A stretch of DNA of 64,000 nucleotides from Myxococcota bacterium (GTDB lineage Bacteria; Myxococcota_A; UBA796; SXON01), in NCBI GenBank assembly GCA_040386535.1, contig JAZKFH010000011.1:1-64000 (forward strand). Direction: 5' to 3'. This document shows positions 32,001-38,084 of the stretch, piece by piece. The translations under genes and the position numbers were made by a program. The notes below the pieces were generated by a model. That model had not been told where the DNA came from, did no database searches, and was given only the letters and a program-made list of their open reading frames with translations. The first letter of the stretch is position 1. Each line of letters opens with the position of its first letter.

Positions 32001-32551
32001 TGTCGGGGGATCCGTCGTTTCGGGAGATCCTCCGCGCCGTCCGCGTGCGCACCCTGGCCGCGTACGATCGGCAGGACGTGCCCTTCGAGGCCGTGGTGCA
32101 CGCGCTCGAGGCCCGCGCTTCCGCGAGCGGTGGCGGCCTCGATCGCGCGACGCTCTTCCAGGCCATGTTCATCCTTCAGAGCGCGCCCATCCCCACGCTC
32201 GACCTGCCCGGCCTCGTCGTGGAGAGTTGGGAGCGCGACGCGCCGCCGCTGATGACATCCTTCGACGTGAAGCTGGTCCTGGAGGAGGTCGCCGGTGGGC
32301 TCGTCGGTTCGCTCGTCTATCGGGAGGCGTTCGTGGAGGAGACCGCCATGACGACGTTGCTGGGCCTGTTCGAGGTCCTGTTGGAAGACGTATCGGGAGG
32401 ATCGGACGAGCAACTGTCGACGTGGCGCCGGTACGCCCGGGCGGTGAATACGACAGAGTTTGCGTCCCCCCTTGACGACGGCCAGCCTGCGGCGGATCCT
32501 CCTCGGGCCCCTGTTTCCAGCGGGCCAAAGAACGTAGGAGGTACCTCATGA
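23018..32551 (+). CDS. NRPS: C-A(Asn)-T-C-A(Ser)-T-C-T-C, no thioesterase
   Basis: C motifs HHHILLDG, HHLVCDG, HHHAILDG, HHLVSDG; A codes DLTKVGEVGK and DVWHFSLVDK; T motifs GGHSL, GGDSI, GGDSL. Confidence 0.95.
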   Translation: MSAENIEDLRELSAIQHGTLFHSVWGREVYVEQMVCTLRGPLDVPAFERAWQGVVDAHDVLRTSFVWQGVERPLQVVQRRVALVLEQRDWTPSPPGTQAALLSAWLETDRARGFDLARAPLLRLALLRTGADVHHLVWTHHHILLDGWSVGLVLEEVLARYEGERGGPPAELRRGVPFSAYLDWMERRGSGPAEAWWRRTLAGAGEAIPLGGDAGCRPFGSGPVSEQRLTLTPDETAALHAAARRHRVTLGTLAHGAWAMLLARYSGEDECVFGTVTSTRPPDLPGSASVVGPCFNTLPVRIAMPPGLPVGSWLQGLQTALVELRQHDHVALADIHAWSGIPRGARLFESLLAFENYPLATTLGGTGSSLAFTDVRWIGSTNYPLAAMVVPRAETTLCIQHDVSRYSAETARAMLGHYRALLLGMTQPGNIPLRALTPLSAEERELLLVGWNPTRTEAPAVGSLHRLFAAQVARTPAAVAVTHCGAALSYGELDRRANRLAWRLRARGVGPEVRVGLLVARGLDLLVGVLAIAEAGGAFVPLDPDHPPERVGWIVRDAQLALVVTQENLSGRLPPEVDRIGFDPDDTASPGPLPSGVGPDHLAYVLYTSGSTGVPKGVMIPHRGLVNYLAWAARAYAVAEGVGAPVHTSVAFDLTFTALLVPLCAGRRVDLLVEERGVGALAAVLRAPSDYSLVKLTPSHVEVLAGHALTPPSAPATRAFVVGGESLRPEHVRALRAAAPGAVVYNEYGPTEAVVGCSVHTVTDLVDEGGPLPIGRPIDNTRLYILDRDFAPVPVGVIGELFIGGAGLARGYLGQPGRTAERFVPDPFGDQTGARLYRTGDRARRRVDGDIEFIGRVDEQVKVRGHRVEPAEIEAALTRHPAVAQAVVVTRSRLEGAHELVACWVAAGPDAPGPGELRKYLLDTLPEPMVPARFVRVEHLPLTPNGKVDRAALAAAGGEEVAAASAPFVAPRGPTEESLARIWAEVLGVERIGRDDDFFDLGGHSLSALRAVSRIRGALHAGMALSSLFTARTLAALAAVVDAERRGASSPFAGGTTDGPVPRRAERGAAPASLAQERLWVLDQLHPGVYHVSAAARLEGVLDVGALEQAVRAVVARHDILRARFVVSDGALVQVSGPASGAAAFVLERIPLGGQTPDARREEARDALTRALCRPFDLGTGPLLRAGIVTVDIHEHELLLAMHHLVCDGWSRDVLVHELALAYTAVLRADPVPPPALPVQYADYAAWQRARVDATEAAQLAWWVAQLEGIPPLELPIARPRQPERRFRGAQHPIVLSTESVRALSTFCRAHRETPVTVLLSAFVALLHRYTGQDDIGVGTSVADRGRPELDALIGPFLNTIVVRGRPRASLPFRALAQAIGVTLRDAQAHADIPFGRVVRGLGAGQDPRRNPVFQALFDLQDAPDERIELPGVRLFPLRLDTGTAKLDLALHLWASREGFHGWIEYDTDLFEGVAIARMASHFDHLLRSIGGGEAPIGALPILPPAERRQVLVTWNGPSVAYAGPEALHRLVEAQVVRSPDAIAVVFEGDRVTYRELDRRADRLARRLVNAGVGPESIVGVHVDRSLALVVALLAILKAGGAWLPLDPDLPAERRASMTADAAPTIVLLADGADAAPFETATLYVSAAGDSATEGSSPLVATSPTNLAYVIYTSGSTGKPKGVQIQHDGICNRLAWMQAEYGLTPADRVLHKTPIGFDVSVWELFWPLITGARLVLARPGGQRDPRYLAQLIRDEGVTTVHFVPSLLAAFVEEPALSDCVSLARVFCSGEALSPDVAARFAARSEAALHNLYGPTEASVDVTAWTWRPGSTRVPIGSPIANIRIYILDPRLEPVPIGVPGELYIGGIGVARGYLGRPGLTADAFVPDPFAPSVGGRLYRTGDRARHLQDGAIEFLGRNDDQVKIRGVRIEPAEIEMELRRHAAVGACAVVARPHPAGGLRLTAYVVPRAGTMPPADVLRRHLAARLPEAMIPTGFVSVATLPRQPSGKVDRRALLALPAEQAFVARAAVVTPPRSASEHGLARIWCAVLGLDHVGVHDNFFALGGDSIRGIAVVAQARAAGFDVTLRRLFNEPTIAALASFAPLPDTAPLPDTAPLLDGAEFPAPTAPFALLRPADRARVPAGIEDAYPLTALQLGMVFHASLASGARVYRNVDSVHLRAPWAPELLRGAVQRLVDRHGILRTSFEVHTFEDAVQLVHERVEAPLVIEDLRGLTAEQQEARLDRWLREQEARAFALGVPPLFGAYVHRRTDETFQFTLPHHHAILDGWSVSALCAELMTDYLSAVRGEAAPAPPIGATFRDYVALERAAVDSAEHQDYWHTLLADAPACVLPAAPADRDEGSGVAPEHREHRVGLGAPLASALAGVAAAQGVPLKSVLLAAHLHVVRLLTHQSDVVTGLITDGRPELPGAERVLGLFLNTAPFRLRLGGGTWAELVNAVFHAEREALPYRRFPLALMGSGRRPLFDTAFNYTHFHVLAPLSGLDGLEVLERRSFALQTFRLMANFDLDAKEHTLTLVLGYDACALSDVQVEDVAACYARTLAEIAGDPHGQYAATGTGAVGDEAPGTASSRAPAASGHRQPTAAPPRTPIERVLAGIWSDLLHVDPIGIDEDFFELGGDSLVAIRVVSRLRDRARIELSPSALFEAPTIAALAAMVEAGRPGTASRSISVVPHDGPTGLSLGQQPMFLLDTALRGLPLFHAPVRLHVAGLLDIAALRRSFAHVAERHGVLRTTFTMLDGRPVQRVLPAIELELPCVDLRALTERARAVEAERLAWADAARPFDLAGGPPIRASLLQLGDQEHVLLLTLHHLVSDGWSMGVLAGEVAAAYAAFVSGAPPALPRLPLQYRDYVAWQAEQLKNGGFDAALAWWMDELAAPLPPLALGGAVPSPRMGGFRPVAIPVQVGRETTEGLTRVGRQEGASLFMVLLAAFDVVLHAVAGARDIRVGTLVANRTSSETEGLIGLFVNTLLLRVDLSGDPSFREILRAVRVRTLAAYDRQDVPFEAVVHALEARASASGGGLDRATLFQAMFILQSAPIPTLDLPGLVVESWERDAPPLMTSFDVKLVLEEVAGGLVGSLVYREAFVEETAMTTLLGLFEVLLEDVSGGSDEQLSTWRRYARAVNTTEFASPLDDGQPAADPPRAPVSSGPKNVGGTS

Positions 32552-32727
32552 GCAACTTGGACGTGCGCCTGGATCCCGCCAACTTCACGAAGCTGAATCC
32601 GCGCGAGCTGGACGAGCTGAACGCGACCGTGAACGCCGAGCTTCTCAAGAATCCGGCGCTGCAGAAGTCGCTTCGTGGCAAGGTGGACGCCTTCTCCGCG
32701 CACCTGAAGAAGACCAAGGAGGGCTGA
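32548..32727 (+). CDS. 59-aa small protein of unknown function (below the ORF-track cutoff)
   Basis: AGGAGG RBS at 32536-32541, ATGA overlap with the NRPS stop, GC3-rich codons: MSNLDVRLDPANFTKLNPRELDELNATVNAELLKNPALQKSLRGKVDAFSAHLKKTKEG. Confidence 0.8.
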   Translation: MSNLDVRLDPANFTKLNPRELDELNATVNAELLKNPALQKSLRGKVDAFSAHLKKTKEG

Positions 32728-32757
32728 CGGCGGCGCCTACGGTCTGGAGGGACGGCG

Positions 32758-34545
32758 ATGTCGCGAGACCCCGATGACTCGCGCCTGGCTCCACCGGGGC
32801 CGTTTCACGAGTCGTGCTACGTGGCGGCCCGGGACGGTACCCGGCTCGCCGTCTTCCTTTTTCGTCCGGCCGAATCCGGTCGCCCGGTCGCCCGGCCACT
32901 GCCCGTGGTCTGGACGCACAACCGGTACCACGCTCAGGGGGCGGCGCCCGAGCGGGTCCGGGCCTGGGAAGAGCACCTTCCCTGGCTGAACCCCGCCGCG
33001 TCGCAGCCCCCGGTCTCGTCGGTGTCGCTGGACGACACCCCGTGGTTGGGGGAGCTGGTGGACAACGGCTACGTCGTCGCGATCGTGGACGCGCGGGGGA
33101 GCGGCGCGTCGTTCGGGACGCGCTCCGGCCCGCTGTCACCGGACGAGGCGCGGGACGCCTACGACCTGACCGAGTGGTTCGCGTCACAGCCGTGGTGCGA
33201 CGGCGCCGTCGGCATGTTCGGGCGCTCGTACATGGGCACGAACCAGATGTTCGCCGCGGCCGCTCCGTCGCCGCACCTGCGCGCCGTCTTCCCCGAGATG
33301 GCCCTGTTCGACCTCTACACCTTCGTGTACTCCGGCGGCGTGTTCCGCCATGACTTCGCCCGGAGCTGGTCCCGGGACGTGGCGCGTCGTGACCGGGAGG
33401 ATCCCGCGGTGCGCGTCGGCGGAGATCCGTCCGGGGCGTTGCTGGCCGAGGCGCGCGCGGTGCACGCGTTCAACCGGGACACCTACGGGATGTTCGCGAA
33501 CCTGCCGCACCGTGACTCGACCGATCTCGAGTCCGGGGAACGCTCGTACGACCTGCGGAACCCCGCGTACGACGGCCACGCGTTGCGAACGCCGAAGATC
33601 CCGGTGTACCTCCTCGCGGGTTGGTACGACCCCTTCGTCCGGGACGCCTTCGCCTGGTTCGTGAACACGCCCGGCGTCCGACGGCTGGTGGTGGGGCCCT
33701 GGGCTCACACCGGGAACCTGGGCTTCGACCTCGCCGCCGAGCACCTGCGTTGGTACGACCGCTGGCTCAAGGGCGCGCCCGATCCCATCGAGGACGAAGC
33801 CCCGCTTCATTTCTATGTCATCGGCGCCCCGGAGGGCGAGCGTTGGCGCGCCGCGTGGTCGTGGCCCCTCCCCGAGGCGCGGCCCCTCGACCTCTACCTG
33901 TGTGCAGGCCCGACGGGGACCGTTCGTTCGTGCAACGACGGGCTGTTGGGCTCCGCCCCGCCGAAAGGTGAGGCCGTGGACGAGTACCGGGTCGACTACA
34001 CGGCCACCTCCGGCACGGCCAGCCGCTGGACCAACGCCTACGGAGGCCCCTTCGGCTACCGGGATCTGCTGTCCAACGACGAAAAGGGCCTCACGTACAC
34101 GACCGGTGCGCTCGAGGCGGATCTCAACGTCGTCGGACATCCCGTCGCGCACGTGTGGGTGTCCTCGTCGGCCGAGGACCTCGACCTCTTCGCCTTTCTC
34201 GAGGAAGTGGGCCCCGACGGCGCCGTCCGCTACGCCTCGGAGGGGGTGCTGCGTGCGTCCCACCGCGCGCTGGCGACGCCCCCCTTCCTCCTCCCCGGCG
34301 GTGTCCCGTTCCATCGGAGCGGGGCGGGGGATGTCGCGCCCCTGCCGCGCCACCCGGTGGAGCTCGTGTTCGACCTGCACCCGATCGCGCGCCGCTTCCC
34401 GCGGGGGCACCGGGTTCGCCTGACACTGACCTGCGCGGACCGTGACAACGCCCTCACCCCCGAGTCTCCGGAACCTCCCCTGGTTCGGATCCATCGGGGC
34501 GAGCAGACGCCGACGCGCCTGGTCCTGCCGGTGGTGCCGGGCTGA
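32758..34545 (+). CDS. CocE/NonD family serine hydrolase (peptidase S15-like)
   Basis: RDGTRLA, DARGSGASFG, GRSYMG nucleophile, GWYD, GPWAH, C-terminal PepX-like domain; GGAGG RBS. Confidence 0.93.
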   Translation: MSRDPDDSRLAPPGPFHESCYVAARDGTRLAVFLFRPAESGRPVARPLPVVWTHNRYHAQGAAPERVRAWEEHLPWLNPAASQPPVSSVSLDDTPWLGELVDNGYVVAIVDARGSGASFGTRSGPLSPDEARDAYDLTEWFASQPWCDGAVGMFGRSYMGTNQMFAAAAPSPHLRAVFPEMALFDLYTFVYSGGVFRHDFARSWSRDVARRDREDPAVRVGGDPSGALLAEARAVHAFNRDTYGMFANLPHRDSTDLESGERSYDLRNPAYDGHALRTPKIPVYLLAGWYDPFVRDAFAWFVNTPGVRRLVVGPWAHTGNLGFDLAAEHLRWYDRWLKGAPDPIEDEAPLHFYVIGAPEGERWRAAWSWPLPEARPLDLYLCAGPTGTVRSCNDGLLGSAPPKGEAVDEYRVDYTATSGTASRWTNAYGGPFGYRDLLSNDEKGLTYTTGALEADLNVVGHPVAHVWVSSSAEDLDLFAFLEEVGPDGAVRYASEGVLRASHRALATPPFLLPGGVPFHRSGAGDVAPLPRHPVELVFDLHPIARRFPRGHRVRLTLTCADRDNALTPESPEPPLVRIHRGEQTPTRLVLPVVPG

Positions 34546-35329
34546 CGGGCGCGTCGGAAGCATACCGGCGTGCAATCCGAAACAACGCCCATCGGAGCTG
34601 GAGGGCAGCGGCGCCCTCCCGCGCGAGCTGGGGCGCACGCGCGGCCAACATCCGCGGCGTCATCCACCACTGGTTGACGGCGATGCACGTCTCCAGGTAC
34701 CGGGCGCGATGCCACCACCCGTACGGGATGAACAGGATGTCCCCTGGCTCGAGCACGGCATCAAAGTCCGGAGGGGGGCGCGGCCCCGGCTGGGCGTCCG
34801 GATAGTCCCAGGTGGCCGAGCACGAGTACCACGTCTGTCGGCACTGATCGGCGGCGGGCACGACGGACGGTGCATAGAGCTCGACCCGCTTGCGGCCGCG
34901 CACCTGCACCAGGAAATTGTGGGCGAAATCGCAGTGTAGCTGCGAAAGCCACCCCGGCGGCCCGATCCAGTAGTTCGTGTGGGAGAGCGCGCGGATCGCG
35001 CCGGTCGGAGGGAAGCGGGTGTGCTCCTTCAACGCGGGGATGTGCCTTCCCAGGTCGACCGTACCGAGGAAGCCGGCATCCAGCGCGTCCCCGTGCCCCA
35101 GTTGCTCGAGAAACGCGGCGAGCGTGGTGTCACGCGTGGCGAAGCCGTCCGAAACGCTCATGCCACCGAGGGAGACCGTGACGGGCAACGCGCCGTGTGT
35201 GCCAGCCAACCAATCCAGGGACCAGAGGGAGGCCGACGGCCAGTCCTTGGCGCCGCCCTCCAGGACGAAGGGGCGTCCACGTTTCGTTTGCACCATCGGG
35301 TTCGAAGCTCCTGCGAGGGACGTGCGCAT
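34454..35329 (-). CDS. JmjC/cupin-like (Cupin_8) 2OG oxygenase; start may be ATG 35296
   Basis: WIGPPG, LHCD (HxD), NFLVQVRGRKRV, LEPGDILFIPYGWWH. Confidence 0.88.
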   Translation of the reverse strand: MRTSLAGASNPMVQTKRGRPFVLEGGAKDWPSASLWSLDWLAGTHGALPVTVSLGGMSVSDGFATRDTTLAAFLEQLGHGDALDAGFLGTVDLGRHIPALKEHTRFPPTGAIRALSHTNYWIGPPGWLSQLHCDFAHNFLVQVRGRKRVELYAPSVVPAADQCRQTWYSCSATWDYPDAQPGPRPPPDFDAVLEPGDILFIPYGWWHRARYLETCIAVNQWWMTPRMLAARAPQLAREGAAALQLRWALFRIARRYASDAPVSPAPPAGPGASASARPDGSEPGEVPETRG

Positions 35330-35392
35330 GAAGGCATGCTCATGACCCTGTGCCGACAGGCATGATAATCGAGCGAGACGACGGGAGACTCG

Positions 35393-35599
35393 ATGCCGGA
35401 CGCGACCTACGCCGTGGTCATCAACCACGAGGAGCAGTACTCGGTCTGGGCCGCCGACCGGGAGCCTCCCCCCGGATGGCGCGTCGTCGGCGTGACGGGG
35501 ACGAAGGACGAGTGTCTCGCCCACATCGAACGGGTGTGGACCGACATGCGGCCGGCGAGCCTTCGCGGGGCGGCGTCGGGGTTCAATTCGGCGGAGTGA
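35393..35599 (+). CDS. mbtH: MbtH-like protein
   Basis: [33 protein letters not shown] signature. Confidence 0.97.
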   Translation: MPDATYAVVINHEEQYSVWAADREPPPGWRVVGVTGTKDECLAHIERVWTDMRPASLRGAASGFNSAE

Positions 35600-35748
35600 A
35601 CGGAGCGGGGCGATGGCGTCGGAGCGGGGCAGGTGACCATCGTCTCAATCCGAGCGCTCCCGTCCCGCGCCCTCCGCCTACGATCCCCACCACGAGCGCC
35701 GATCACGCGATCACCTCGAACGGGATCGTAATGTTCAATTCCCTCGGG

Positions 35749-35766
35749 ATCCCGTTGGGATCACCA
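35749..35766 (+). other. tRNA 3'-end-like fragment (possible att site)
   Basis: ATCCCGTTGGGATCACCA resembles a T-stem/acceptor/CCA end (tRNA-Glu-like), with no matching 5' half upstream; a terminator follows. Confidence 0.4.
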
Positions 35767-35775
35767 ACTCCAGAT

Positions 35776-35805
35776 AAGCCGCCGCAAGGCGGCTTTTCGC
35801 TTTTT
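35776..35805 (+). terminator. Rho-independent terminator
   Basis: AAGCCGCC-GCAA-GGCGGCTT hairpin followed by TTCGCTTTTT. Confidence 0.8.
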
Positions 35806-35910
35806 GGAGTGGGTGGGTTGTCGCGACGTGGCTTCGCAAAGATGCGACCGTTTCCTGGGTCGCAGTACCGAGGGAGCTCGGGCCCACGGACAGCGGCCGC
35901 GGCCCCGCCC

Positions 35911-36486
35911 TCACTCCCCCCGGCACACCCGCCCTGCAGCGGCCGCCGCGCTCGCCAACGCCGCGATCAGGGCGCCGCGGGCGATCGATCTGCCGCGCAG
36001 GTGGGCGTGCTCCGCCGCGGGCCGGTCGAACGAGCGCAGCAGGTGTGCCCGCTGCTCGTCCACGTAGGCGTAGAGCCGCGCGGGCGCATCCGCGGGGTTC
36101 GTCCACCGCGGCGGCGTGGCGACCGGGAACCACGTGGCCCAGGGCGACTCCATGTCGCGGAGTACGGCCAGGCGTACGCGGTCGCCGTCCGGCTCCAGGA
36201 GGATCCAGGAGGCCACGTCATCCTGGGCCGAGCGCAGCAGCGCGGGGAGCCCGAGCGAGAGGCGGTGAGCGGCCTCCGCCGCCATTCGCTCCATCAGGTC
36301 GAGCGGGGCCCAACCGGCGCGCTCCCACGGCACCCCGTCGGTCGGCACGAGGCGGAGGCCGACCTCGTCGAAGTCGGGCGTCCACTCTGGCTTGAGCTCC
36401 CGCCACTCGGACAGGGTCAGGGTGCTCGCCGGCTGCTCGTCCCAGTCGGACTCGGCGGGGTCGTGGACGAGGATCTCGAACACCAT
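35911..36486 (-). CDS. Hypothetical protein, candidate immunity protein
   Basis: 191-aa acidic, Trp-rich ORF starting 6 nt after the stop of a toxin-tip-like remnant; GAGG RBS. Confidence 0.7.
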   Translation of the reverse strand: MVFEILVHDPAESDWDEQPASTLTLSEWRELKPEWTPDFDEVGLRLVPTDGVPWERAGWAPLDLMERMAAEAAHRLSLGLPALLRSAQDDVASWILLEPDGDRVRLAVLRDMESPWATWFPVATPPRWTNPADAPARLYAYVDEQRAHLLRSFDRPAAEHAHLRGRSIARGALIAALASAAAAAGRVCRGE

Positions 36487-36492
36487 GCGCCC

Positions 36493-36807
36493 TCACTTCG
36501 ACTTGAACAGCCAGACGATCGCCTTCATCGCGTCTTCACCAAGGCTCACTACGTCGGGGCCGGCCTTCGGGTAGAACGAGACCATCCCGTTGGTCCCACC
36601 CTCGAGGGTCACGCGCACCTCGAACGTTATTCCCGCCCACGATGATGTCGTCGACGGCGCTGGTGCCCGGCGCGATCCGCGCGACCAGCGTCGGGACGCC
36701 CGGCGTCTGCAGATCGCCGAACGAGGTGACGGTCGCGATGGTCTGCCCGTTGGGGAGGAGGCCCTGCGACTGCTTCACGTTGCTGGTGACGACGGCGAAG
36801 CCCTCCC
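36493..36807 (-). pseudogene. Frameshifted 3' remnant of a larger gene, possibly a polymorphic toxin C-terminus
   Basis: EGFAVVTSNVKQSQGLLPNGQ...AVDDIIVG, then after a frame change near 36630 GITFEVRVTLEGGTNGMVSFYPKAGPDVVSLGEDAMKAIVWLFKSK*; no start codon. Confidence 0.5.
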
Positions 36808-36880
36808 GGACGAAGGACGAGTGTTCCGCCCACATCGCCCGGGTGTGGACCGACATGCGGCCGGCGCGCCTTCGCGGGGC
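36808..36880 (+). repeat. Partial duplicate of the mbtH 3' half (direct repeat of 35499-35571)
   Basis: 68/73 nt identical by manual alignment; encodes [23 protein letters not shown]. Confidence 0.9.
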
Positions 36881-36964
36881 CGAGGCGGGATTTCTCCCGA
36901 AGGCTGTTGACCCCGGGGAGGACCGCAAGGAGGCGTCGTGTGACGACAAGCTACCATCCCCCCA

Positions 36965-38041
36965 ATGCTCCTCCTCCTGACCCTCGCCTGCACCCCCCCG
37001 CCCCCCGACGACACCGCCACCGCCATCGACTGGGCCGCGCCCGGCCCGTGGACCGCCGGCACCGCGCCCTTCTCCCTGACCGTGGAGGGCCGCGACGCGC
37101 CCGTGCCCGCGCGGGTGTGGTACCCGGCCGCGCCGTCGGAGGGGGACTCCTCGCTGGACGCCCTGGTCACCGACGAGGCCGACCGCGCCACGCTCGCCGG
37201 CCTCCTCGCCGCCGCGCCGCCGGGATGCCCGGCCCTGCGCACCTCGGCCGTCATCGCCCCGCCAGCCGCCGACCTCGACGCCGCGCCGCTCGTCGCGTTC
37301 TCGCATTGTCACACCTGCCTCGGGCTCTCCGGCGCCACGATCGCCGCGCATCTCGCCAGCCACGGCGTCGTCGTGGTCGCGCCGGATCACACCGGCAACA
37401 CGCTGTTCGATCTGCTCGACGGCGACGGCGGTTCCCTCGACGAGGAGACGCTCGCCCAACGTGCACGCGACGTGTCCGCCGCCATCGACGTGGCGCTCGC
37501 GGGCGGGCTCGACGGGCCGCCGATCGATCCGTCTCGCGTCGGGGTGCTCGGCCACAGCTTCGGGGCGATCACCGCGGGCCGTGTGCTCGCCACCGACGCC
37601 CGCGTGCGCGCGGCCATGACCATGGGCGCGCCGCTCGACAACCCGCTGATCTCCGGCGTCGACGCGGCGTCCGTGACGGAGCCGGTGCTCCAGCTGCTCC
37701 TGGAGGAGGACCACAGCGTCGGCGCCGCCGGCAACCTGCTCATCGAGGCCAACCACGACGAATTGGGCGGCCCCGCCTGGCTCGCGCGGCTGCCCGACGG
37801 CGGGCATTGGTCCGTCTCTGATTTGTGCGGCGTGATCGAGGGCTTCCTGCCGGGCTGCGGCGAGGACACCCGTCAAGACGGCGGCGCCCCCTTCACCTAC
37901 GTCCCGGCGGACGACGGCCGTGCCGCAGCCGCCGCGCTCGCCGCCGCCTTCTTCGCCGCCACGCTCGACGGTGACGCTGCAGCGGAGGCGTGGTTGGCCA
38001 CGCCGGACACGCGTGCGGGGGTGTCGGTGGAGGAGCGGTAA
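36965..38041 (+). CDS. Lipoprotein alpha/beta hydrolase (PAF-acetylhydrolase/dienelactone hydrolase-like)
   Basis: MLLLLTLAC lipobox, VWYPA, LASHGVVVVAPDH, GHSFG, GGHWSVSDLC. Confidence 0.9.
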   Translation: MLLLLTLACTPPPPDDTATAIDWAAPGPWTAGTAPFSLTVEGRDAPVPARVWYPAAPSEGDSSLDALVTDEADRATLAGLLAAAPPGCPALRTSAVIAPPAADLDAAPLVAFSHCHTCLGLSGATIAAHLASHGVVVVAPDHTGNTLFDLLDGDGGSLDEETLAQRARDVSAAIDVALAGGLDGPPIDPSRVGVLGHSFGAITAGRVLATDARVRAAMTMGAPLDNPLISGVDAASVTEPVLQLLLEEDHSVGAAGNLLIEANHDELGGPAWLARLPDGGHWSVSDLCGVIEGFLPGCGEDTRQDGGAPFTYVPADDGRAAAAALAAAFFAATLDGDAAAEAWLATPDTRAGVSVEER

Positions 38042-38084
38042 GGGTCCCCAACCCACCCCCGCCCCAACGCGTTACCCCCACCCG

